Assembly: GCA_964573135.1 (NCBI GenBank)
Contig: CAZNIO010000008.1
Span: 1 to 58,633 of the forward strand
Source: an uncultured Gammaproteobacteria bacterium
GTDB lineage: Bacteria; Patescibacteriota; Patescibacteriia; UBA2196; GWA2-42-15
Direction: 5' to 3'
DNA: 58,633 nucleotides
Part shown: one piece after another, positions 8,836 to 16,205 of the stretch
Position numbering within the stretch: position 1 is the stretch's first letter
Layout: every line of letters starts with the position of its first letter
The notes under the pieces: model-generated
Told to the model about the DNA's origin: nothing
Seen by the model: the letters and a program-made list of their open reading frames with translations, nothing else
Databases searched by the model: none
Translations under genes and position numbers: made by a program

Positions 8836-10830
8836 CTACGAACGACTCTCTTCTTCTTTATAAAACTCAATAACATCTCCTTTCTCTACCCTATTTTTCC
8901 CTTCAATTTTTACACCACACTGCTGACCCTCTGCCACCTCTTTAACTTTTTCTTTACCTGCCTCAAGCGCTGTTACCTGAGCTTCACCAAGTATCTCTTC
9001 TTTTCGCATCAATCGACACACAACATCGTTGATTGCCTGACCATGTATTACCTCGCCTCCAATAATTTGTGCATCCTTTTCTGTTCTAAAAACCTCAAGC
9101 ACTTTGAGTTTACCAACTAATACTTGTATGGTTTTTCTACCAATTAACTTATCTCTCTCTTCTTTAACAAAATCAAGCAATTCATAAATAATACTATATA
9201 ATTTAATCTCTACTCCTCGAGCCACGGCCAACTTACTTGCCTCAGAAGATACTTTCACATTAAAACCAATCAAAAACGAACCTTGGCTCTTGGCCTGCTC
9301 AACATCCTTTTCTGTAATATTACCCAAACCCTGCTTAACAATAGCTACATCCACATCACCTTCAGTTATTTTTTCCAGACTCTCTTCAATGGCTTCCACT
9401 GAACCGAGTACATCAGCTTTAAGTATAATACTCATTTTTGGTTTATCTTCCTTATCTTCATCATCTCCTTGCTCTAAATTGTACACCACTTTAGTTGCTC
9501 TACCTCCGTAATCTTTAACTCCCATGCGTACAGCTTGTTTAATTTTCTTTTTATCATCAAAAGCCTCCAGCATATCTCCAACTTGTGGTACGCTCTTTAA
9601 GCCAACCAATCGCACTGGAGTTGAAGGTAAAGCTTCACGAACAGCTTCTCCCTTCCAATCTTTCATCATGCGTACCTTACTAACCAATTTCCCAACTTGC
9701 ACATAATCTCGAACTCGCAACGTTCCACTTTGTACAAGCACTGTAGCCACAGGACCTTCTCCCTTATCTACATGTGATTCAATAATGGTTCCAACTGCTC
9801 GTTCATCAGCTTTTGCCACAATATCTTCTTTATGCAAATCAGCCACTAAAAATAAAGTATCCAATAACTCTGGGATATTAGTCTTGTCTTTAGCAGATAT
9901 CTCAACACATATTGTTTTACCTCCCCAATCTTCAGGATTCAAATCAATATTAGCCAACTCGGTTTTTATCTTATCAATATTAGCATCTGGCTTATCTATC
10001 TTATTTATCGCCACAATGAACGGCAAGCCGGCTTGCCTAATATGTGAAACTGCTTCAATAGTTTGTGGCTGTACACCATCATCTGCCGCTACTACTAATA
10101 TAGCTATATCAGCGACTTGTGCACCACGTGACCTCATAGCAGAAAAAGCTTCATGCCCAGGAGTATCAATAAAAGTTAGTAATCTATCATCTTTCTTAGC
10201 TTGATAAGCACCAATATGCTGAGTAATACCACCCGCTTCCCCATCCACAATATTAGTTTCTCTAACTGCATCTAGTAATTTAGTTTTTCCATGATCCACA
10301 TGACCCATAACTACTACAACCGGTGGACGCGCACTTCCTCCTTTTTTACTTTCTTCCAAAATTTTCTGAAGCTTATCATCTTTATCTTCCCCAACCTTCT
10401 CCTCTGACAATTCAACTTTAAAACCCATGTCTTCTGTAATAATTGAAGCTGTTTCAAAATCTATATCCTGATTTAAAGAAGCCATTACTCCATTACGCAT
10501 CAACTCCATAACCAAATTAGTTACTGGAACTTCCATACGTCGAGCTAGTTCTTTAACAACAATCTTTTGAGGTATCTTAATTACTTTAAATTCCTTTTCT
10601 TCTTTTTGATCCTTATCAATAAATACTTTCTCATCTCGACTAGCTTTGGGTTTTTCATCCAAGTATTCCTCTCTAATCTTCGAGTTAGATAATTTCTCTA
10701 AAATATCACGTGCCATCTTAGAATCTACTTTTATGGCTCTTACACCAATATCAAAACCAAGTTGTGGCATAACTTCCCGCAACTTGTTTGGAGTAATTTT
10801 TAACTTTCTGGCCAACTCTGTTACATTCAT
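8836..10830 (-). CDS. infB: Translation initiation factor IF-2
   Basis: RPPVVVVMGHVDHGKT, GGITQHIGA, DTPGHEAF, NKID; N-terminal IF2_N repeats. Confidence 0.98.
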   Translation of the reverse strand: MNVTELARKLKITPNKLREVMPQLGFDIGVRAIKVDSKMARDILEKLSNSKIREEYLDEKPKASRDEKVFIDKDQKEEKEFKVIKIPQKIVVKELARRMEVPVTNLVMELMRNGVMASLNQDIDFETASIITEDMGFKVELSEEKVGEDKDDKLQKILEESKKGGSARPPVVVVMGHVDHGKTKLLDAVRETNIVDGEAGGITQHIGAYQAKKDDRLLTFIDTPGHEAFSAMRSRGAQVADIAILVVAADDGVQPQTIEAVSHIRQAGLPFIVAINKIDKPDANIDKIKTELANIDLNPEDWGGKTICVEISAKDKTNIPELLDTLFLVADLHKEDIVAKADERAVGTIIESHVDKGEGPVATVLVQSGTLRVRDYVQVGKLVSKVRMMKDWKGEAVREALPSTPVRLVGLKSVPQVGDMLEAFDDKKKIKQAVRMGVKDYGGRATKVVYNLEQGDDEDKEDKPKMSIILKADVLGSVEAIEESLEKITEGDVDVAIVKQGLGNITEKDVEQAKSQGSFLIGFNVKVSSEASKLAVARGVEIKLYSIIYELLDFVKEERDKLIGRKTIQVLVGKLKVLEVFRTEKDAQIIGGEVIHGQAINDVVCRLMRKEEILGEAQVTALEAGKEKVKEVAEGQQCGVKIEGKNRVEKGDVIEFYKEEESRS

Positions 10831-10839
10831 ATTGCTCTA

Positions 10840-10868
10840 ATAATACTAGAAAATTAGTTATAAGTCAA
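10840..10868 (-). promoter_or_regulatory. Promoter of the infB operon
   Basis: Minus strand TTGACT, 17 nt, TATTAT; 9 nt to the ATG at 10830. Confidence 0.6.
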
Positions 10869-10896
10869 ATAAAAAAGGATATCCCTTAATTTCATC

Positions 10897-10925
10897 TTGA
10901 CACCTTGTTCCCCTTAGTATATATT
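10897..10925 (+). promoter_or_regulatory. Promoter of the divergent DHH-like gene
   Basis: TTGACA, 17 nt, TATATT. Confidence 0.6.
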
Positions 10926-10962
10926 AAACTAATATTTATTTTTTATTCAAATAAACAAAAAG

Positions 10963-12096
10963 ATGGCCTTAGACACAAATCAGCAAATCAACCAGCTCAT
11001 AGCTAAGTCAAAACAAATTCTAATTGCTTCCCCTGCTAAAAATTCGGACGACAGCCTTTGCTCTTGTCTTGCTCTTTTTAAATTATTTGAAAAAATAAAT
11101 AAACCAGCTGATTTAATCACTGAAAATCCCCAAAAAAATAGGCTAGCCTTTTTGCCCCAAAGCGATAGCATTAAATCAAATATTGACTCTCTACAAAAAT
11201 TAACAATTTCTCTAGATATTAAGGATAATAAGATTAATGATTTTAGTTATGACATTACAGATGATAAGCTCAATATTTTCCTCACCCCTCAAAAAACAAA
11301 TCTAACCAAGGATGACATTTCAATTCAGCAAAGTAGCTTTAAGTATGATTTAATTATTACCATTGGTTCACAAGACTTAGAGTCTCTTGGAGGTTTGTAT
11401 CAAAAAAATACAGACTTTTTTTATTCCACTCCTATTATAAACATAGATACATCTCCAAGCAACGAACATTTTGGCCAAATCAATCTAATCGACTTGAGCG
11501 CCTCATCAACCACAGAAATTATCTTTGACCTTATCAATTCAATAAATCCAAAATTCATCGATGAAGATGTAGCTACTCATCTTCTGGCTGGTACCATTAT
11601 TAAAACAAAAAGTTTTAAAGACCCACGCACCACTCCCCGGTCACTGTCCCTCGCCGCTGATCTTATACGACTCGGGGGCAAAAGAGATTTAATTGTCAAT
11701 CATCTATATGGCAATAAAAAACTATCAACCCTAAATCTCTGGGGAAGAGTCCTGGCTCGTCTAAAACAAGATACTCTCTACAAAATGGCCTGGTCAATGA
11801 TCAGTCAAACTGATTTTGAAAGAGCCGGTGCCACTCAAAATGACCTTCAAGGTATTACCGAAGAAATTCTTCTTAATTCTCCCCAAATCGAAACTATCCT
11901 TATACTCTATGAAACTAAATCAGGTCAAATAGCCGCTGAACTGCATACTTCAAAAAACTACGATGCCCTTGAACTTACTCGCGCTTTTGGACCTTTGGGT
12001 AATACATCTAGAGCTGATTTCTACCTTGAAACCGACAAGCTCTTTGAAGCTGAGGAAATGACTGTCAATCAAATAAGAAGTAGGATAAAAATCTAG
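10963..12096 (+). CDS. DHH-fold phosphoesterase-like protein with degenerate catalytic motifs
   Basis: DHH layout recognisable (ILIASP..SDDSLCS, PIINID, NEHFGQINL, SSTTEIIFDL, VATHLLAG), but DHH reads DTS, the GxxxDT motif reads GTIIKT and there is no GGGH. Confidence 0.7.
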   Translation: MALDTNQQINQLIAKSKQILIASPAKNSDDSLCSCLALFKLFEKINKPADLITENPQKNRLAFLPQSDSIKSNIDSLQKLTISLDIKDNKINDFSYDITDDKLNIFLTPQKTNLTKDDISIQQSSFKYDLIITIGSQDLESLGGLYQKNTDFFYSTPIINIDTSPSNEHFGQINLIDLSASSTTEIIFDLINSINPKFIDEDVATHLLAGTIIKTKSFKDPRTTPRSLSLAADLIRLGGKRDLIVNHLYGNKKLSTLNLWGRVLARLKQDTLYKMAWSMISQTDFERAGATQNDLQGITEEILLNSPQIETILILYETKSGQIAAELHTSKNYDALELTRAFGPLGNTSRADFYLETDKLFEAEEMTVNQIRSRIKI

Positions 12097-12169
12097 ATTG
12101 ATCAAATCTAGATTGATTAGTAGTTGAGAATGGTATACAATATATTATATATTGACCATTTTAATTATA

Positions 12170-12198
12170 TTGTCCTTACCAAATATATATGGTAAAAT
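12170..12198 (+). promoter_or_regulatory. Promoter with an overlapping inverted repeat (putative operator), upstream of the HTH/LAGLIDADG-tRNA cassette
   Basis: TTGTCC, 17 nt, TG-n-TAAAAT; TTACCA-N8-TGGTAA (12176-12195) overlies the spacer and -10. Confidence 0.55.
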
Positions 12199-12246
12199 GA
12201 ACTTAGGAGAAATAATAATATAATTACTATCTTAAAGTTCATTTAT

Positions 12247-12921
12247 ATGGCACGCGCAAAAGACCGAGAAAAGGCTCTGTCACTTAGAAAACAGGGCATG
12301 AGTTATAGCCAAATTAAAAAAATAATTGGGGTAGGCAAAGGCACTTTAAGCAACTGGCTTAGAGATCACCCCCTCTCAAAGGAAAGAATCAGGGAGCTCG
12401 TTTACTGTAACGAACAAAGAATAGAGCGCTGCAGGGAAACAAAAAGAAAGAAAAAAGAACAACGATTGCTCAACTATTACAATGAAGAGAAAAAAAATAT
12501 ATTTCCTCTTACAAAACGAGAATTCTATTTGGCTGGACTTGTTCTATACTGGGGAGAAGGGACTAAAAGACACTTAGCTACCCTGGCTGTTACAAATACA
12601 GATCCTGCTGTAATCAAATTCTTTATTATATGGACCATCAAAGCACTGAAATTCCCCAAAGAAAAAATTAAAATGCGCTTACATCTATATACCGACATGG
12701 ATATCAAAAAAGAAACACTCTACTGGTCAAAAACACTGAATATACCCCCAAAACAATTCACCAAGCCATATATCAAGCAAAGTTCAAGTGAAAGAATAAA
12801 TTATAAAGGCAGATTTGGTCATGGAACTTGTGTAGCCCAAATAGGGAATGCGAGGACAACTGAAAAAATTTTAATGGCCCTAAAAGCCATTGCAGACAAA
12901 TATAACGAGGAGCGCCTGTAG
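12247..12921 (+). CDS. N-terminal helix-turn-helix plus single-motif LAGLIDADG-like domain protein
   Basis: HTH-like ALSLRKQGMSYSQIKKIIGVGKGTLSNWL; LAGLIDADG-like FYLAGLVLYWGEG, then LAVTNTDPAVIKFF and YWSKTLNIP; stop codon lies inside the tRNA-Ile. Confidence 0.65.
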   Translation: MARAKDREKALSLRKQGMSYSQIKKIIGVGKGTLSNWLRDHPLSKERIRELVYCNEQRIERCRETKRKKKEQRLLNYYNEEKKNIFPLTKREFYLAGLVLYWGEGTKRHLATLAVTNTDPAVIKFFIIWTIKALKFPKEKIKMRLHLYTDMDIKKETLYWSKTLNIPPKQFTKPYIKQSSSERINYKGRFGHGTCVAQIGNARTTEKILMALKAIADKYNEERL

Positions 12922-12987
12922 CTCAGGGGTTAGAGCACCTGACTTATAATCAGGTTGTCGATGGTTCAAATCCATCCAGGCGCACCA
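12912..12987 (+). tRNA. tRNA-Ile (anticodon UAU), CCA encoded
   Basis: Acceptor GCGCCTG/CAGGCGC, D stem GCTC/GAGC, anticodon arm CCTGA-CT TAT AA-TCAGG, T arm GATGG-TTCAAAT-CCATC, discriminator A plus CCA; 76 nt. Confidence 0.92.
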
Positions 12988-12988
12988 G

Positions 12989-13078
12989 GGACGCATAGCT
13001 CAGTTGGTTAGAGTGCTTGCTCGACACGCAAGAGGGTTTAAAAGGTACAGTGTACCTTTTAAACGGTTCAAATCCATT
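12989..13078 (+). pseudogene. Disrupted tRNA-Val(GAC)-like gene with a 29-nt hairpin in the variable region and no 3' acceptor strand
   Basis: GGACGCA-TA-GCTC-AGTTGGTTA-GAGT, CTTGC-TC GAC AC-GCAAG, hairpin 13036-13064, GGTTCAAATCC, then a T-run instead of TGCGTCC-CCA. Confidence 0.7.
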
Positions 13079-13089
13079 TTTTTGATATA

Positions 13090-13166
13090 GGGCGGTTAGC
13101 TCAGTTGGTTAGAGCGCGTCGTTGACATCGACGAGGTCATTGGTTCAACTCCAATATCGCCCACCA
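13090..13166 (+). tRNA. tRNA-Val (anticodon GAC), CCA encoded
   Basis: GGGCGGT/ATCGCCC acceptor, CGTCG-TT GAC AT-CGACG, ATTGG-TTCAACT-CCAAT, ACCA; 77 nt. Confidence 0.95.
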
Positions 13167-13208
13167 TCATCAAACTTAATTTATTTATTACTTAATTTAT
13201 TTGTTTCT

Positions 13209-13772
13209 ATGCCTAAACTACCAAAAATCCCATATAAACTATTAGAAAAAAACAACAAGGAAAAAAGTTATTGTATGAATTTATCAGATAAGCTCCGTAT
13301 TCTTGCAAAAACCACTGTAAGTTTTCTAGTACGAGATAATGTGGACACCGCTGAAAAAAACTTTCCAGCCATGGAAAAATTATTCAAACAAATCCAGACA
13401 AAACTCCGCCAAAATCCATATCTTTACAGCGTAACACCAATTAATTATGGACTTGAAGAATATATTGAAGCTCTACTTGTCTGGAGTTATATGAATAATA
13501 AACCAATGCCAACCATTGCTAAGCTCAAAGTTACTCCAGAACTTTACCTTGGTGCTTTGTCTGATATGACAGGCGAACTTGTCCGCTTGGCACGTAAAAA
13601 TGAACAACAAGCTAAAAGTATTCATGACTATGTAGCTCATATATATGCCCTAATTATCCCAGTCTCAATTACCAGAAACTCCAATCTCCGCCACAAACTA
13701 GAAACCATTGGTAATAATTTGAAAAAAATTGAAGGCATAATCTACGATTTGAAACTAAGGGACAAAATTTAA
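13209..13772 (+). CDS. Translin/TRAX (C3PO)-family protein (start moved to 13209 because the longer ORF overlaps tRNA-Val)
   Basis: GLEEYIEA and PELYLGALSDMTGELVRLA match the TRAX catalytic motifs (ExxE and DxxGE) as I recall them; all-helical, 187 aa. Confidence 0.82.
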   Translation: MPKLPKIPYKLLEKNNKEKSYCMNLSDKLRILAKTTVSFLVRDNVDTAEKNFPAMEKLFKQIQTKLRQNPYLYSVTPINYGLEEYIEALLVWSYMNNKPMPTIAKLKVTPELYLGALSDMTGELVRLARKNEQQAKSIHDYVAHIYALIIPVSITRNSNLRHKLETIGNNLKKIEGIIYDLKLRDKI

Positions 13773-13778
13773 TACTTA

Positions 13779-14778
13779 CTGTGAATTACGAAACTCCCAA
13801 AAGAGCTCATAATGATGTAAAATTAAGGTAGTGTATTACTAACTAAAATTCTACACCACTATGAGAGCTTTTGTACCCATGTACAATTCAATCAAAGTTG
13901 TAGTCAATTTCTTTAGTAAACAATTACACTTTGATAAGTACAAATCCAAAACAGGTCGAAAGTTAGCTTTACCAATTGAAGATATCGTATCACTTGCTAT
14001 CTTCAAGCAGAAAAACAACATTGCTACAAAACGTGCTCTTTACAACATATTGAAACCAAATTGCTCATACAAGACACTGGTAGTTAATCTGAATAGATGG
14101 TTTTTCCTGGCAGTAATTATCCTAGTCCTTTTGATGAAGTTAAATAGGAGGAATACTCATTTGGTAAAACACATTGATTCCACTGAACTGCCGGTTTGTT
14201 TATTCAAGAATGCCCATGCTCATAAGACCATGAGAGACTACGCTGAATACAGGAAGAAAGGAAATACCACATTTTATGGGCTCAAACTACACATTATTAC
14301 TGATTTGAAACAAAGATTGTTATCAATTAACTTTACTGGAGCCAAGACGGATGATCGGGCAGTGGTCATTAAAATGGCTGACGATTTAACTGGCATATTC
14401 ATGGCTGATGCAGGGTATATATCAGATAAGTTGTCACGAGAATTCTATCAGGAACATAAGCGTGTGTTACTCGCTAAGCCAAGAAGTAATATGAAAAAGA
14501 TGATGACTCAATTTGAAGAAATGCTTTATCGTACAAGGATGTTAATTGAACTAAACTTTAGAGATTTAAAATTATTCCATGGGCTAGTAACTAGCCTGCC
14601 AAGATCAGTTGGAGGATATTTAGCTAACTATATCTACTCCATACTGGCTTATCAAATTGTTTAAATTGTGAAAAAGAACTTTACTACAATTCTACCTATT
14701 AACAGACAAACTTGAGTAATCAAGGATTATTTTGGTTATCCAAGTTTATTCGTTAAATGTGAGTTTCGTAATTCACAG
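13779..14778 (+). mobile_element. IS982-family insertion sequence, about 1000 bp, complete
   Basis: Perfect 18-bp terminal inverted repeats CTGTGAATTACGAAACTC (13779-13796) and GAGTTTCGTAATTCACAG (14761-14778), flanked by a TACTTA direct repeat (13773-78, 14779-84). Equivalent reading: AC...GT ends with an ACTT duplication. Confidence 0.9.
13861..14664 (+). CDS. IS982-family DDE transposase
   Basis: HIDSTELPVC, FYGLKLHII, FMADAGYIS, RMLIELNFRDLK. Confidence 0.88.
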   Translation: MRAFVPMYNSIKVVVNFFSKQLHFDKYKSKTGRKLALPIEDIVSLAIFKQKNNIATKRALYNILKPNCSYKTLVVNLNRWFFLAVIILVLLMKLNRRNTHLVKHIDSTELPVCLFKNAHAHKTMRDYAEYRKKGNTTFYGLKLHIITDLKQRLLSINFTGAKTDDRAVVIKMADDLTGIFMADAGYISDKLSREFYQEHKRVLLAKPRSNMKKMMTQFEEMLYRTRMLIELNFRDLKLFHGLVTSLPRSVGGYLANYIYSILAYQIV

Positions 14779-14794
14779 TACTTATCTCAGCCAC

Positions 14795-14821
14795 AAAACG
14801 ACTGGTCATCCCAGTCGTTTT
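14795..14821. terminator. Bidirectional intrinsic terminator between the translin/IS side and tsaD
   Basis: AAAACGACTGG-TCATC-CCAGTCGTTTT, 11-bp stem. Confidence 0.75.
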
Positions 14822-14838
14822 TAAATTTTAAAAAATAA

Positions 14839-15852
14839 TTATTCCCCCAACCTCAAATTAGCATTTGTCTTTATTTTCTTCCAATCACTAAATTTCTTAT
14901 TCTTAATCTTGTAATACCCAGCCGCTGCAATCATCGCTGCATTATCCCCTGTCATCTTCATATCAGGCACTAATAATTTAACTTTATCTAATTTGCTACC
15001 AACCTCTTTCTTCAATGAATCCCGTAAATTCTCATTAGCCGCCACTCCCCCTCCAAGAAGTATTGTCTTCACCTTAAACTCTTGAGCCGCTTTAATAGTT
15101 TTATTTACCAAAACCTCAACACATGCTTCTTGAAAAGAAGCACACATATCTTGATTTTTTATTCTTCCCTCTCTCATCTTGTAAAGTACCGCTGTCTTAA
15201 TCCCAGAAAAACTAAAATTATAATCTCCCGAATTAATCATCGGTCTAGGCATTTCAACTTTACTTGCGTTTCCTTTCTTGGCTAGCTTAGAAATCACGGG
15301 CCCACCAGGATAGCCCAAATTCATCATCTTTGCCACCTTATCAAAAGCTTCACCCACTGCATCGTCTTGCGTTTCGCCAATTATCTTGTATTTCAAATAA
15401 CTTTCCAGTAATACTAATTGTGTGTGCCCCCCAGAAACTATCAAAGCCAAAGCAGGAAATTTTAATTTACCTAACTTTCTAGAATTACTCATCTCAGCTG
15501 AGTAAATGTGGCCCTCCAAATGGTTAACTGCCACCATTGGCTTCTCCCACGCATAACTCAAAGTTTTACCTGCCTCTACCCCTACTCGCAAACTAGTAAT
15601 TAATCCCGGTCCATTAGTTAGCGCGATATAGTCAATTTGTTTACCTTTTTTTCCTAATACTTTCTCCAAAACAGGTATCATATACTCCACCTGTTTACGG
15701 GCTGCAACTTCCGGCACAATTCCACCATATTTAGCTTGCAACTGAGATGACGATGAAATTACATCTTTAACCACCTTAAAAACACCGTTTTTAACCTCTA
15801 AAACAGCTACCGCAGTCTCATCACAGCTTGTCTCAATGCCAAGTATGCGCAT
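14839..15852 (-). CDS. tsaD: tRNA N6-adenosine threonylcarbamoyltransferase TsaD (start moved to 15852)
   Basis: MRILGIETSCDETA, GGIVPEVAAR, NHLEGH, VSGGHT, DDAVGEAFDK, GDNAAMI. Confidence 0.97.
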   Translation of the reverse strand: MRILGIETSCDETAVAVLEVKNGVFKVVKDVISSSSQLQAKYGGIVPEVAARKQVEYMIPVLEKVLGKKGKQIDYIALTNGPGLITSLRVGVEAGKTLSYAWEKPMVAVNHLEGHIYSAEMSNSRKLGKLKFPALALIVSGGHTQLVLLESYLKYKIIGETQDDAVGEAFDKVAKMMNLGYPGGPVISKLAKKGNASKVEMPRPMINSGDYNFSFSGIKTAVLYKMREGRIKNQDMCASFQEACVEVLVNKTIKAAQEFKVKTILLGGGVAANENLRDSLKKEVGSKLDKVKLLVPDMKMTGDNAAMIAAAGYYKIKNKKFSDWKKIKTNANLRLGE

Positions 15853-15884
15853 AATACTTAAAAGATAACACAATTCCAATGCAT

Positions 15885-15913
15885 TTGACAAATTCCCTAT
15901 CTTTTGATAGACT
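15885..15913 (+). promoter_or_regulatory. Promoter of the secG-SBP unit; overlaps a divergent tsaD promoter
   Basis: TTGACA, 17 nt, TAGACT on +; TTGTCA, 18 nt, TG-n-TATCTT (15867-15862) on -. Confidence 0.55.
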
Positions 15914-15948
15914 CACACTTAGTACAATATTTCTAATTTACTGTAATT

Positions 15949-16158
15949 ATGGCTCTCAATATAGCCCAAATTATTATCGCTATTTTACTTATTACTACTA
16001 TTTTACTCCAAAACCGAGGTTCAGGCCTTGGTGCCGCTTTTGGTGGCGAAGGCAATGTATACATGGCTAAACGTGGGGCTGAAAAGACCATATTTATCTT
16101 AAGTATCGTTTTTGCCTTCATTTTCTTAGTTATTGGCGCTGTGCGTCTATTCATCTAA
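15949..16158 (+). CDS. secG: Preprotein translocase subunit SecG
   Basis: Two TM helices with ILLQNRGSGLGAAFGG...KRGAEK. Confidence 0.92.
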   Translation: MALNIAQIIIAILLITTILLQNRGSGLGAAFGGEGNVYMAKRGAEKTIFILSIVFAFIFLVIGAVRLFI

Positions 16159-16205
16159 AAAAGGGTATTTAAAATACCCCAGGCCTTCTCTTCCACATTC
16201 TTGAT

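Noticed and set aside
12989-13078. Split or intron-containing tRNA completed elsewhere in the window
   Set aside because: The missing TGCGTCC strand was seen only as chance matches within coding regions (near 24595 and 44440) with no tRNA context
13122-13208. ORF-track N-terminal extension of the translin gene
   Set aside because: It starts at a TTG inside the tRNA-Val anticodon loop; the ATG at 13209 gives a typical family length
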